64,000 bases of DNA from Promethearchaeota archaeon (GCA_048941625.1 JBHLNK010000002.1:5098-69097); one strand, 5' to 3'; numbered from the stretch's first letter, positions 30,075-40,540 are shown. The notes: generated by a model not told the origin, from the letters alone. Numbers and translations are program-made.

Positions 30075-30146
30075 AATCTTGATAGATGATGATAATAGAA
30101 TTAGATACCCTGATAACTAGTTTGATGAAAAAGGCATCTCAAGATT
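30075..30146 (+). ncRNA. Candidate C/D-box-like or K-turn small RNA
   Basis: Terminal stem AATCTTGA/TCAAGATT enclosing ATGATGA (30086), CTGA (30110) and TTGATGA (30122); no canonical final D box. Confidence 0.35.
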
Positions 30147-30387
30147 CAATTTTTTCACGTTTCTTTATTCTGCCAAGGGAATAATAAATTATAATCAAAT
30201 TTTGTCCCTTGGCTACGGAAGTTTTGAGTTTTATTCCATTGAAATCTATAGATTGAGTTTTTAAAATAAAATAACGTTTCTAATTCGAGATAGGACGTTT
30301 TACAATGATTTACACCACAAAAAATTTAAATATATTAGAGATTTTAAAAGATATAATAAAAAAGTATAAAAATTTTAACTAAAGTAG

Positions 30388-31923
30388 ATGTCAATCAAAC
30401 TTAAAAAGAATGTAATTGAAATTCTAAAAATATTAAAGAAGAAGCCTGAAGAAGTTATAGCAAAAGATTTTGCAAAAGAATTGAAGATCGATTATATCGT
30501 TCTTATGTCAGCTATTAATGATTTAATTGAACATAACTTAGCTAATTTTAAAGAAGAAGAGATTTATCACATTTCTCTAAATGAAGAAGGTCTTAGCTAT
30601 TTGAAAAATGGGCTTCCTGAACGTCAATTACTAAATTTGATGTTAGAAAATAATATTGAGGAAACAAGTTTAGATAACTTGCTTAAAAAATCAAAACTTA
30701 ATGAAGATATTTTCTACATTGGAATTTCAAATTTAAAAAAGAATCGTTGGATTGCTCAAAGTCAAGCTACAGGTGAAACTAAAGTTTTTATTATTAAAGA
30801 GGAATTTCCTCAGACAAATGTGGAAACATTTCTTCAAAAGTTTAGAGAAAGTAATCAAATTGACTATTCCAAATTAAACAAGGAAGAGATAAATCAATAT
30901 AATTTGTTAAATAAAAGAAAATTAGTTAAAAAAAAACGTAAAACTCAAAGAATTATCTATCTAACTGAAAAAGGTAAAAAAATATCAATTTCAAGTATAA
31001 AAATACTAAAGCAAATTAGTAAAATTACTCCGGAAATGCTTAGTGCTGGAACATGGAAAAATTATGAACTAAAACCATTTGATATCTCTAAACAAGGACC
31101 TTTATTAAAAGCAGGTAAAATTCATCCAATGATTAGCCTGATTAATGAAATTCGGGAGATATTTTTATCAATGGGTTTTACAGAGATCCGTGGACCTATA
31201 ATAGAAAGTGCATTTTACAATTTTGATGCTTTATTTCAACCACAAGATCATCCTGCTAGAGAAATGCAAGATACTTTTTATTTAAATAATCCAAAGATAG
31301 CAGAATTACCAGATAGTGATACAGTTCAAGCAGTTAAATCCATACATGAAAATGGGGGAGATTCAGGTTCAAGAGGTTGGGGATATAATTGGGATATTGA
31401 TACATCAAAGAAAACAGTCTTGAGAACTCATACAACCGCAACTACGATTAGAAGATTAGCACAATATTACCAAAATAACGAAAAACCACCCGTAAAAGTA
31501 TTTTGTATTGATAGAGTATTCAGAAATGAAAAATTAGATAAATCTCATTTAGCAGAATTTACTCAAGTAGAGGGAATTGTTATTGATGATAACCTAAACC
31601 TCTGTGATCTGATTGGTTTATTATCAGAATTTTACAGGAAATTAGGTTTTAAAAAAATTATAACGAAACCAGGATTTTTTCCTTATACTGAACCTAGTAT
31701 GGAAGTTTCAGTCTATTATGATAAACTAGGTGAATGGTTAGAAATGGGAGGATCGGGGATATTTAGACCAGAAGTAACATATCCATGGGGAATAAGGGAT
31801 CCAACTAGAGTTTTAGCATGGGGACAGGGCCTTGAAAGAATTGCGATGTTATATTTTGAGAGAAGTGACATCAGAGATTTATATATTAATCCAATTAAAT
31901 GGTTAAGAAATCAATCATACTAA
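30388..31923 (+). CDS. pheS: Phenylalanine--tRNA ligase alpha subunit (archaeal/eukaryotic type)
   Basis: GLPE, NFDALFQPQDHPAREMQDTFY, LRTHTT, VFRNE, FFPYTEPS, GLERIAM. Confidence 0.97.
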   Translation: MSIKLKKNVIEILKILKKKPEEVIAKDFAKELKIDYIVLMSAINDLIEHNLANFKEEEIYHISLNEEGLSYLKNGLPERQLLNLMLENNIEETSLDNLLKKSKLNEDIFYIGISNLKKNRWIAQSQATGETKVFIIKEEFPQTNVETFLQKFRESNQIDYSKLNKEEINQYNLLNKRKLVKKKRKTQRIIYLTEKGKKISISSIKILKQISKITPEMLSAGTWKNYELKPFDISKQGPLLKAGKIHPMISLINEIREIFLSMGFTEIRGPIIESAFYNFDALFQPQDHPAREMQDTFYLNNPKIAELPDSDTVQAVKSIHENGGDSGSRGWGYNWDIDTSKKTVLRTHTTATTIRRLAQYYQNNEKPPVKVFCIDRVFRNEKLDKSHLAEFTQVEGIVIDDNLNLCDLIGLLSEFYRKLGFKKIITKPGFFPYTEPSMEVSVYYDKLGEWLEMGGSGIFRPEVTYPWGIRDPTRVLAWGQGLERIAMLYFERSDIRDLYINPIKWLRNQSY

Positions 31924-31941
31924 AATGGAGGTTTAATAGAA

Positions 31942-33621
31942 TTGCCAACTCTTGAATTAAAAATTGAAAGGTTAGAAAAATTAATTGGGAAAAAATTGAA
32001 TATTAAAGATTTAGAATATGATTTACAATGGATTGGTTTAGACTTAGAAGATGTAAATGAAGAGGAACAAAAAATAAAAGTCGAGTATAATCCAAATAGA
32101 CCTGATTTTTCAAGCCCAGAAGGAATAGCTAGAGCTCTTAAAGGTTATTACGAAATCGAGTTAGGTATACCTTCATTTGAAATTATCCCTGGTAAAATAG
32201 AAATGAATGTTGATCCAACTGTTAATAAGGTCCGTCCTTATATCGTCTGTGGTGTGGTGAGGGATATTGATTTGGATGAGGATGAAGTTGCAACTTTAAT
32301 GAATATTCAGGAACATCTTCATTGGGCTGTAGGAAGAGACAGGAGAAAAGTTGCAATTGGGGTTCACGACCTAGATAATATTGTGCCTCCATATCAATAC
32401 ACTGCCGTCATACCAGATTCTGTAAGTTTTATTCCACTTCATGGTGATGGATATGCAATGAATCTTGAAGAAATATTATTATTACATGAAAAAGGGATTG
32501 AATATTCTCACATTTTAGAAGGCAAAGAAGTATATCCTATAATTTTTGATAGTAAAAAAGATGTGTTATCCTTTCCCCCTATCATTAATGGCGTATTAAC
32601 AACAGTAACAGATAAAACAAAAAATTTATTCTTAGATTTAACAGGAACAGATTTTAATGCTGTTAATTTAGCTTTGAATATCTTATCTACTACTTTAGCA
32701 GATATGGGAGCAAAAATTGAGAGTGTTAAGGTAAATTATGAAGACAGAGAAGATATAATAACTCCAAATTTAACTCCTCAAAAATGGGAAGTTGGAATTA
32801 ATTACATTAATAATTATATTGGGATAAATTTAAACTCTAAAAATATGATTAAATGCTTTAACAAAGTTAGAATTAATGCAAAACTATCCAATATAAAAGG
32901 ATACTTAGAAGTTTTGATCCCTGCGTATAGAGGAGATATTATGCACATAGTTGATTTAACAGAAGAATGTGCTATAGGTTATGGTTACAACATGCTCCCT
33001 AAGACAATAAGAGAAGGATGTATTGGAAAATATCATCCAATTCAATCTTTTTCTAATAAATTAAGGACTATAATGATTGGTGCGGGGTATTTAGAAGTTT
33101 TGAACTTAATCTTATCTAATTCTGATAAATTATACACATACATGAAACAAGAGTATAAAAAAAAAGAAGAAGTTCAGATTTTAAACCCTGTATCAAAAGA
33201 ATATAATACGACAAGAACAAGACTTTTACCAAAATTATTAGAAACTTTATTAAACAATCGTTCCGAGGAAAAACCTATAAGGATTTTCGAAGTTGGTGAT
33301 GTTATTTTATTAGATTTGGATGAAGAAACTGGAGCAAAAAGAGAACTCCATCTTTCAGCGGTAAGTTATCATGAAAATGCTGATTTCACAGAAATCCGAT
33401 CTGTTTTAGACTTTATTTTAAGCACCCTTGGATATAAAAAGAATTTTATAATTAAATCTGAAAAAAACCCAAGTTTCATTGCTGGAAGATATGGTCAAAT
33501 ATATTTAAAGAATTCTGTTATTGGGGAAATTGGTGAAATAAATCCAGAAGTATTATTGAATTTCAAATTAGAATTTCCTGTTGCAGCATTAGAAATCAAT
33601 TTAGAAGTCTTAATTAATTAA
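31942..33621 (+). CDS. pheT: Phenylalanine--tRNA ligase beta subunit
   Basis: PNRPD, GRDRRKVAIGVHD, SFPPIING, PAYRGDIMHIVD, IFEVG; TTG start after GGAGG. Confidence 0.96.
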   Translation: MPTLELKIERLEKLIGKKLNIKDLEYDLQWIGLDLEDVNEEEQKIKVEYNPNRPDFSSPEGIARALKGYYEIELGIPSFEIIPGKIEMNVDPTVNKVRPYIVCGVVRDIDLDEDEVATLMNIQEHLHWAVGRDRRKVAIGVHDLDNIVPPYQYTAVIPDSVSFIPLHGDGYAMNLEEILLLHEKGIEYSHILEGKEVYPIIFDSKKDVLSFPPIINGVLTTVTDKTKNLFLDLTGTDFNAVNLALNILSTTLADMGAKIESVKVNYEDREDIITPNLTPQKWEVGINYINNYIGINLNSKNMIKCFNKVRINAKLSNIKGYLEVLIPAYRGDIMHIVDLTEECAIGYGYNMLPKTIREGCIGKYHPIQSFSNKLRTIMIGAGYLEVLNLILSNSDKLYTYMKQEYKKKEEVQILNPVSKEYNTTRTRLLPKLLETLLNNRSEEKPIRIFEVGDVILLDLDEETGAKRELHLSAVSYHENADFTEIRSVLDFILSTLGYKKNFIIKSEKNPSFIAGRYGQIYLKNSVIGEIGEINPEVLLNFKLEFPVAALEINLEVLIN

Positions 33622-33773
33622 TTATTTATCTCTAGTAGGACAATATGTTATTATTTTATACATTTGTTAATAATTTTCTAAGAATTTTGTCTTCTTTTTT
33701 AATATAAACTTATTAAGTTTAAAAATTTAATAATTGTTAATTTAGAAATTTAGTATCAGTATTTTTAATTAAA

Positions 33774-35123
33774 ATGACCTCTAAAGATGAGTCTGTAGAA
33801 AAGAAAAATCAAAGTATTATTAGAAATCTATCATTCATCATTAAAATGAAGATTTATCTAATAATCCCTATATTATGTATTTTATTTTGGGCAATAATTT
33901 CTTTAATTAAAGATAACTTCATTCTTGAAGCAGCAGCAGATTTTCCATCTTTTTATTATGCTGGTCAGAATATTTTTACTAATCCAGAGTTTATATATTC
34001 TGCAGGAATAGTTCCCAGGTACCGTTATTTACCATGTTTCGCTATGATTTTCGCGATTCTTTCATTATTTAATTATGTAACTTCCGCATGGATCTATTTC
34101 TTTATCTTATTGATAATTGCTTTTCTAGCAATTATAGAGTTTGATAAAATACTTAAACTTCAAAATGTGAATAGCAAATTTAACAGATTCCTAATTCTTA
34201 TTGTAATAAGTAACGGTCTGAGAATAATGCTTAATTTTGATATCTTACAGACAAAATTTATAGTATTATATTTAATCTTAGTGTTTATTAGAAGAGAGAT
34301 TGAATTTAAAAAATCTAAAGAACAAACTGAAAAGAATTTGAAATTCTTTTTTATTCAAATTTCAATTTTAATTTTTGTTATCGGTTTATTACCTTATATT
34401 GCGTTTATATTGATTATTTATCTCTTTAATAACATAAACCTTAGGAGAATATTAAGCAAATCACAATTACAAAAATATTTACTTGTTGTAGTTGCTTTCT
34501 TTATTCAAAATTTTATGTTTATCATAGTTCCGCCATTATTTGTAGGCTTTTTAAGTGGATTATCCAGATCGGGTTATCCTCTTAATTTAACTCCAACAGA
34601 TATCATTACATTAAGAGATAATTTACTTTTACCTCCAAATACAATTAGTGCTTTAATTATAGCATTTAATATAGCAGTTGATTTTATAGTTTTGAGTATT
34701 TTCTCAATTGTATTGATGTTCGTAGTGACTCTAATTCTCACTTTAAATAAAAAACTCTCAATAGAGGAAAAATTTGCTTACTTTTTTTTATTAAATCTCA
34801 TTTCTAACGTTTATTTTGATTATGAACAATCGTTTGTTATTTTTCTCCCTTTAATTGTTATATTATTTATCAATTTAAAAAGTTATAATAGTATATCCAA
34901 TTATATTAAACAAAATTTCTTCAACTTGCTGGGTCTGCTTGGAGTTATTTTGTTATATTTTATGCCACCTATATATTTATTTTATGAGCTTATTCCTATA
35001 TCAATTAATATACCCTTAGCTTTGTTAATAATAAGACATACATTTGCTTACATTATCATTATCTTGGCTTTTTTAATGATGAAATTAATTCAAAAAAATG
35101 CCATACACCTAAAAAAAAACTAA
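33774..35123 (+). CDS. GT-C fold membrane glycosyltransferase (GT87/DUF2029-like)
   Basis: About 11 TM segments; DFPSFYYAG and YRYLP after the first TM. Confidence 0.65.
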   Translation: MTSKDESVEKKNQSIIRNLSFIIKMKIYLIIPILCILFWAIISLIKDNFILEAAADFPSFYYAGQNIFTNPEFIYSAGIVPRYRYLPCFAMIFAILSLFNYVTSAWIYFFILLIIAFLAIIEFDKILKLQNVNSKFNRFLILIVISNGLRIMLNFDILQTKFIVLYLILVFIRREIEFKKSKEQTEKNLKFFFIQISILIFVIGLLPYIAFILIIYLFNNINLRRILSKSQLQKYLLVVVAFFIQNFMFIIVPPLFVGFLSGLSRSGYPLNLTPTDIITLRDNLLLPPNTISALIIAFNIAVDFIVLSIFSIVLMFVVTLILTLNKKLSIEEKFAYFFLLNLISNVYFDYEQSFVIFLPLIVILFINLKSYNSISNYIKQNFFNLLGLLGVILLYFMPPIYLFYELIPISINIPLALLIIRHTFAYIIIILAFLMMKLIQKNAIHLKKN

Positions 35124-35156
35124 TCTTAATTATCATATAATAATTATAAGTATTTT

Positions 35157-35423
35157 ATGACTGAAATCAATAAAATTCGAAAAGAAATTGATAAAATTGA
35201 CAAAAAAATTTTAGATCTAATAGACGAGAGATTTAAGTTATCATTAAAAGTTGGTAATTTGAAAATGATTCAGCAAATCAAAATCTCTCAACCTATTAGA
35301 GAGCTTGAAATAATTGAAAAGCTAAAAAAAATTCCCTCTGTAGTAAAACCAAAATATATTGAGTCAATCTGGAAAGAAATAATTAGTGCTAGTAAAGAAA
35401 TCCAACAATTAGATATGGGATGA
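35157..35423 (+). CDS. Standalone chorismate mutase (AroQ type)
   Basis: IRKEIDKIDKKILDLIDER...VGNLK...RE...IISASKEIQ. Confidence 0.85.
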   Translation: MTEINKIRKEIDKIDKKILDLIDERFKLSLKVGNLKMIQQIKISQPIRELEIIEKLKKIPSVVKPKYIESIWKEIISASKEIQQLDMG

Positions 35424-35618
35424 ATTGTTTTTATTACTAATTTAATTGCTATTTTTTAAAAAAAGTAAAATCCTAGAAATCAAGAGTGGTTTTTTTATTT
35501 AGTTAACTTTTTTACTTTCCAAAATATATACTAATAAAAAATTTGATTAAAAAGAATTATTCAAAAATTAATAGAGTTAATTTTTCTTTTTATTTTTAGA
35601 GGAATAGGGTTTTATTAA

Positions 35619-36335
35619 ATGGGAAGTAGTATTAGAGTTGATGGTCGAAAATTTGATGAATTGAGGAGCATCTCAATTAAAAGGAATTATCTTAAATATC
35701 CTGAGGGTTCAGTATTAATAACTCAAGGAAACACTAAGATTATTATTACTGCTTCGGTTATAGAATCAGTTCCTAAGTTTTTAGCAGATACAGGAACTGG
35801 TTGGATTACTGCAGAATATTCTATGCTACCAAGAGCCACACAAACTAGAAATCAAAGAGAAACACACAGAGGGAGATCTATTGAGATTCAGAGATTAATA
35901 GGACGAAGTATTCGAGCAGCATTTAATTATGAAAAACTTGGAGAACGTACAATAAAGATTGATTGCGATGTAATACAGGCAGACGGTGGAACGAGATGTG
36001 CTTCAATTACTGGGGCATTTATAGCAGTTTTTGATGCAATTAATTATTTATATAACCAACAATTAATTTATGAATTTCCAGATTATAGGGTTATGGCAGC
36101 AATATCTTTGGGTATAAAAAATAATCAAATCCTATTAGATTTAAATTATATTGAAGATTCCAAAGTGGATGTTGATTTCAATTTGGTTATGAATGAGAAT
36201 TCTGAAATAATTGAAATTCAGGGAACTGCTGAAGGCACTGCTTTTACTATCAACGAATTGAATGAAATAATGAAATTAGGGGAAAAAGGTATTTTAGAGC
36301 TAGTAAAAATTCAAAAAAGAGAATTAAATATTTAA
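35619..36335 (+). CDS. rph: Ribonuclease PH (bacterial type)
   Basis: GWITAEYSMLPRAT, EIQRLIGRS, DCDVIQADGGTRCASITGA, LDLNYIED, IEIQGTAEG. Confidence 0.9.
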   Translation: MGSSIRVDGRKFDELRSISIKRNYLKYPEGSVLITQGNTKIIITASVIESVPKFLADTGTGWITAEYSMLPRATQTRNQRETHRGRSIEIQRLIGRSIRAAFNYEKLGERTIKIDCDVIQADGGTRCASITGAFIAVFDAINYLYNQQLIYEFPDYRVMAAISLGIKNNQILLDLNYIEDSKVDVDFNLVMNENSEIIEIQGTAEGTAFTINELNEIMKLGEKGILELVKIQKRELNI

Positions 36336-36360
36336 AGACTTTCTTGAATTTTAGAAATTT

Positions 36361-37512
36361 TTAATGTGCTTCAATTCCCAATTGTTCTGGATGTTCTTGA
36401 AAATATTGAACACCTTCTTTAATAATATCAACAATAGATCTTGTCGGTTTCCAGCCGATTTCATTAAAAATTTTATCATTTCTACCAATTAATAAAGGAA
36501 CTTCACTAGGGCGCAATCGATTTTTATCTACAAAAACATCAACTGAGATATTATATATTTTTTTTGCTAACTTTACATAATCTGCTATTGAGATTCCTTT
36601 TCCCGAGCATACATTGTAGGGTTCGCCATATTTTTTCTTTTCGCTAACTAAAATATATGCGTTTACAGTATCCTTAACGTGTGTAAAATCTCGAATAGCA
36701 TTTGGGTTTCCTATGACAATATTATCTCGCTTCTTTTCTAAAATCTCCACTATTTGTCTATGAATGACACTTGTGACAAATTGAATTCCACGCCTTCCAC
36801 CTTCATGGTTGAATCCTCGTGTTATGATCGAAGGTAATCCATAAGAATTATGGTATAACCAAGCAATTTGTTCAGTTGCGCATTTTGAAATTCCATAAAT
36901 ACTTCTAGGACGGAAAGGATTTTTTTTTATATCTTCAGTAACAGGTACTTCATTAGGATCTACTAAACCATATTGCTCACTACTACATGCGACTTGAATA
37001 CTTTCAAGTTCATTATCAAATCGTCGTGCAGCTTCAAATATTTTAATAGTCCCGATAATATTATTGTGAGCAACTCTTACTGGTTCTCGAAAGGATGTAG
37101 GAATGAAAGATTCAGCTGCAAGATGAAAGACTGCATTGGGACGGATTTTTTCAAAGATACTAAGAATTCTCTCTGCACTTGTAATGTCTGCTTCATGAAG
37201 ATTTATTTTTCCTCTCAGATGTTCAATATTTTCATGCATAGGAACAGAATGTCTTCGAATAGTACCATGTATCTCACACCCTAGATCCAATAACTTTTCA
37301 GCTAAATGACTTCCTGCAAATCCACTAATTCCTGTTATTAGAACTCTTTTTTCATTCCAATAAGTTTGACTTGGTTCAACAGATATAAGATTCTTGAAAT
37401 CCTCCAAATAATTATCAATTTTTTCTGGGTTAACAATAAAGCCTTGGTTTTCAAGTTCCCTAACACGTGGATTTTCTTTAATTGCTTTCTCAATTGGTAC
37501 TAGATCACTCAT
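36361..37512 (-). CDS. gmd: GDP-mannose 4,6-dehydratase-like SDR
   Basis: ITGISGFAG, HLAAES, SSEQYG, PRSIYGISK, FNHEG, RDF, RPSEV. Confidence 0.82.
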   Translation of the reverse strand: MSDLVPIEKAIKENPRVRELENQGFIVNPEKIDNYLEDFKNLISVEPSQTYWNEKRVLITGISGFAGSHLAEKLLDLGCEIHGTIRRHSVPMHENIEHLRGKINLHEADITSAERILSIFEKIRPNAVFHLAAESFIPTSFREPVRVAHNNIIGTIKIFEAARRFDNELESIQVACSSEQYGLVDPNEVPVTEDIKKNPFRPRSIYGISKCATEQIAWLYHNSYGLPSIITRGFNHEGGRRGIQFVTSVIHRQIVEILEKKRDNIVIGNPNAIRDFTHVKDTVNAYILVSEKKKYGEPYNVCSGKGISIADYVKLAKKIYNISVDVFVDKNRLRPSEVPLLIGRNDKIFNEIGWKPTRSIVDIIKEGVQYFQEHPEQLGIEAH

Positions 37513-37639
37513 ATTATTAAAAATAATTGTTTGATTTTTAAGTTGATTATTAAATTTTCGTGAAGATCTTATTAATCTTATTAATGAGTATTACTAAATC
37601 TATTAAAAATAGGTTTTTAACCTTCATGACATATAAAAT

Positions 37640-38788
37640 CTATTTTAGAACATTATTGATTATTTGAATCCATTTATCAACATTTTTATTAATATTATGG
37701 TTCTTTTTAACAAAGTTATAGCAGTTTTCTGAAAATGAAAGATATAATTCATCGTTATCAAGTAATAAATTAAGATTTTTGACCATTAAATCAAAATTAT
37801 TTTCACACCATAATCCAATTTTATTTTTTGTTAAAATTCCATCTGGATTGACATTTAAACTAATGATTGGAGTTCCGAATAGAGAAGACTGAATGAAAGT
37901 ATTGGGAAACCCTTCATAAATCGAAGTATTTATGAAAATTTCTGCTGCTTCAAAGTATGCATTGATGTTATGAAAGGGAACATATTCTATAAATTCTAGA
38001 TTAGAAATTTTAGAAGCTTTGTCTTTAATTGCACTCCAATATTTTAAATTACGTTGTTTTTCGTCAGATTTATTACAAATCATTAAGAATTTTTTATCTG
38101 AAAACATCTCGGCTAGTTTAATAAATAGTTCTGGTCTCTTCCAATCAATTGCTCTACCAACCCAGAGAATATACTTTTTATTTTTTTTTTCCAACAGATT
38201 AATCTTATAACTACTTTTAAGAATAGAAATATTCTCAATTTTTTTTTTTTTTAACTTTTCTAGTGTTTTAATTTGTTCATTATTCTGGGCTATAATATGA
38301 TTAGCGTTTTCTAATCCATACTTATAAAATTTACCAAAAAACCCTTTTTCAAGTTCACCATTTACATCGTGTAAATTAGCGATCGAGAAAAGAAATTTTT
38401 TCTTAAAAAGTTTACAATAAAAAGCACAAATACCTGTCACTTTTTCAGCCTGTCTTTGAATGATAATATCAGGATTAATTCTAATGAAGTAAATAAATAG
38501 ATTTAAAAGACTTAAAAAATAAAAGGAAATCTTTCTTTTAAACGGTCTTAAATTATGAAGAAACATATTGCCTATCGTTTCAATTTTATTAGGTGTTAAA
38601 TTATAATTCCCAGTTATTACATGCACATCAAATTTAGGATTATTTGCTAACTCCTTTGATAAAATATAGAGCTGTACACCAGCACCACCACCGAAAAATT
38701 GTCGAGTACATTTTTTGTTATATAATGGATAACCTAAAATTGAAACAAAACATATTTTAATCTTTAATTGTTTTTCCTTCACTTTCAT
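37640..38788 (-). CDS. GT4-family glycosyltransferase
   Basis: WVGR...KRP, EGFPNTFIQ. Confidence 0.85.
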   Translation of the reverse strand: MKVKEKQLKIKICFVSILGYPLYNKKCTRQFFGGGAGVQLYILSKELANNPKFDVHVITGNYNLTPNKIETIGNMFLHNLRPFKRKISFYFLSLLNLFIYFIRINPDIIIQRQAEKVTGICAFYCKLFKKKFLFSIANLHDVNGELEKGFFGKFYKYGLENANHIIAQNNEQIKTLEKLKKKKIENISILKSSYKINLLEKKNKKYILWVGRAIDWKRPELFIKLAEMFSDKKFLMICNKSDEKQRNLKYWSAIKDKASKISNLEFIEYVPFHNINAYFEAAEIFINTSIYEGFPNTFIQSSLFGTPIISLNVNPDGILTKNKIGLWCENNFDLMVKNLNLLLDNDELYLSFSENCYNFVKKNHNINKNVDKWIQIINNVLK

Positions 38789-39023
38789 TATTATTATAAA
38801 TAAAGTTAGAATCTTTTAAAAAATAAACATAGTAAGTAGATTTGGCTCTCTATAATTTAACAATTTACCTAAAAAAATAAAACTTAGTGTAAAAAAATAA
38901 TAAAGAAAAATTATAATATTAGTTGTAAAGATAGTTTGAGCTAATTTATATTAATTATAAAATATTAATTCGAGTTGTCATTAAACAATATGAATTACCA
39001 GATATTTTATTAATAAGTTAATT

Positions 39024-40514
39024 ATGGAAGCTTCAACAGTTTCAATATATAAGTTAAAAAAAAAGAGTTATCCTAGAATAGCACCTTTTAATCCTAGTGA
39101 ATTTTATCCAGAATATCCATTTAAAGAGATATCTAATAATAAAAACTATATTTATGAGGGCTTTCGGTATTTACTTAATTTAATGGGTTTGGATAAAAAA
39201 AATTGGAACAATAAGGAATGGAATCCATTAGGCGAGATAATTAAGCTTGGAGATTCTGTAGTGATAAAACCAAACTTAGTTTTGGATAATTTACAAAATC
39301 AAGATTGTATTACAACCCATACATCTCTTATTCGTGCAATAATTGATTATGTGATCATAGCTTTAAAAAAAACAGGAGAAATAATTGTAGGAGATGCTTC
39401 ATTACAAAAATGTAACTTCGAAACATTGATCCAATATAACGGTCTTCTAAAAACAATAAATTTTTATAAGTCTAAAGGAATAAATATAAAATTAATAGAT
39501 TTTAGAAGAGAGGAAATGAGAATTAATAAAATTAAGTCTACAAGTTCTGATAAAGGGATTGAGATCGTAAAGCTTGAAGGTGATCCAAAAGGATATAAAG
39601 TAATTAATTTAAAAAAAGGAAGTAATCTGTATAAACTTAGTTTAAATAACGGATATAAAAAATTTAGAGTGACAAATTATGATCCGAAAATAATGAAAAT
39701 GGCGCATAATCAGCTTGATCATAAATATTTAATAAGTAACTCAATTATTCAAGCAGATGTAATAATAAATGTTGCTAAATTTAAATCTCACAGAAAAGCA
39801 GGAATTACAGGGTGTTTAAAGAATTCTATAGGAATTAATGGAAGTAAAGATTGGTTACCTCACCACAGATATGGGGCTTTAAGAGAAGGGGGAGATGAAT
39901 ACTTAAAAAAAAACGCTTCAAAATATTTATATGGTAAATTAAATGATATTGATGATATTTTCCTAATTAAATATACTCCCATTTACAGGTTTTTATACTA
40001 TCCCCTTTTATTTTTAAGGATAGGATTAAGAAAACTGATAAATTTTGTATCTAATGATAAAACTCTTGAAGGAGATTGGCATGGAAATGATACCATTTGG
40101 CGAACAATTGCAGATTTAAATCAAATTCTAATATACAGTGATAAAACAGGTAAAATTAGAGATAAACCCCAAAAAAAAAGGTTATATTTTTGTGATGCTG
40201 TCATTACCGGTCAATCTGAAGGACCACTTTCTCCAATTCCAGTAAAATCAGGAATTATAACAGGAGGATATGACCCATTAATGGTAGATTTCGCAATTGC
40301 AAGTATTATGAACCTAGATTATCAAAAAATTCCCCAATTACTTAAATTATTTAAAATACGAGAACATTCAATTTCAAAATATAAGACAACAGATCTTTTA
40401 ATTATTTCAAATTTCCTAAAATGGAATAATAAGAGATATAATCAATTAACCGAATTTCTAAGTTTTATACCTTCTTATGGTTGGAAAAATATTATTAACA
40501 ATAATTACAAATAA
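39024..40514 (+). CDS. DUF362-family protein
   Basis: VVIKPNLV, TTH, ADVIINVAKFKSHRKAGITGCLKNSIG, EGP, D. Confidence 0.8.
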   Translation: MEASTVSIYKLKKKSYPRIAPFNPSEFYPEYPFKEISNNKNYIYEGFRYLLNLMGLDKKNWNNKEWNPLGEIIKLGDSVVIKPNLVLDNLQNQDCITTHTSLIRAIIDYVIIALKKTGEIIVGDASLQKCNFETLIQYNGLLKTINFYKSKGINIKLIDFRREEMRINKIKSTSSDKGIEIVKLEGDPKGYKVINLKKGSNLYKLSLNNGYKKFRVTNYDPKIMKMAHNQLDHKYLISNSIIQADVIINVAKFKSHRKAGITGCLKNSIGINGSKDWLPHHRYGALREGGDEYLKKNASKYLYGKLNDIDDIFLIKYTPIYRFLYYPLLFLRIGLRKLINFVSNDKTLEGDWHGNDTIWRTIADLNQILIYSDKTGKIRDKPQKKRLYFCDAVITGQSEGPLSPIPVKSGIITGGYDPLMVDFAIASIMNLDYQKIPQLLKLFKIREHSISKYKTTDLLIISNFLKWNNKRYNQLTEFLSFIPSYGWKNIINNNYK

Positions 40515-40540
40515 ATCAAATATAAAATTCACAAAATAAT

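Noticed and set aside
30100-30112. ATTAGATACCCTG, identical to a conserved 16S rRNA segment
   Set aside because: Only 13 nt, flanks are not rRNA-like, and it is in the same sense as the rRNA on the box-bearing strand, so it cannot guide there. Probably chance.
30086-30128. Possible eukaryote-like SECIS (AUGA...GA core)
   Set aside because: No apical AAA, and no adjacent gene with an in-frame TGA (coaD and pheS have none).
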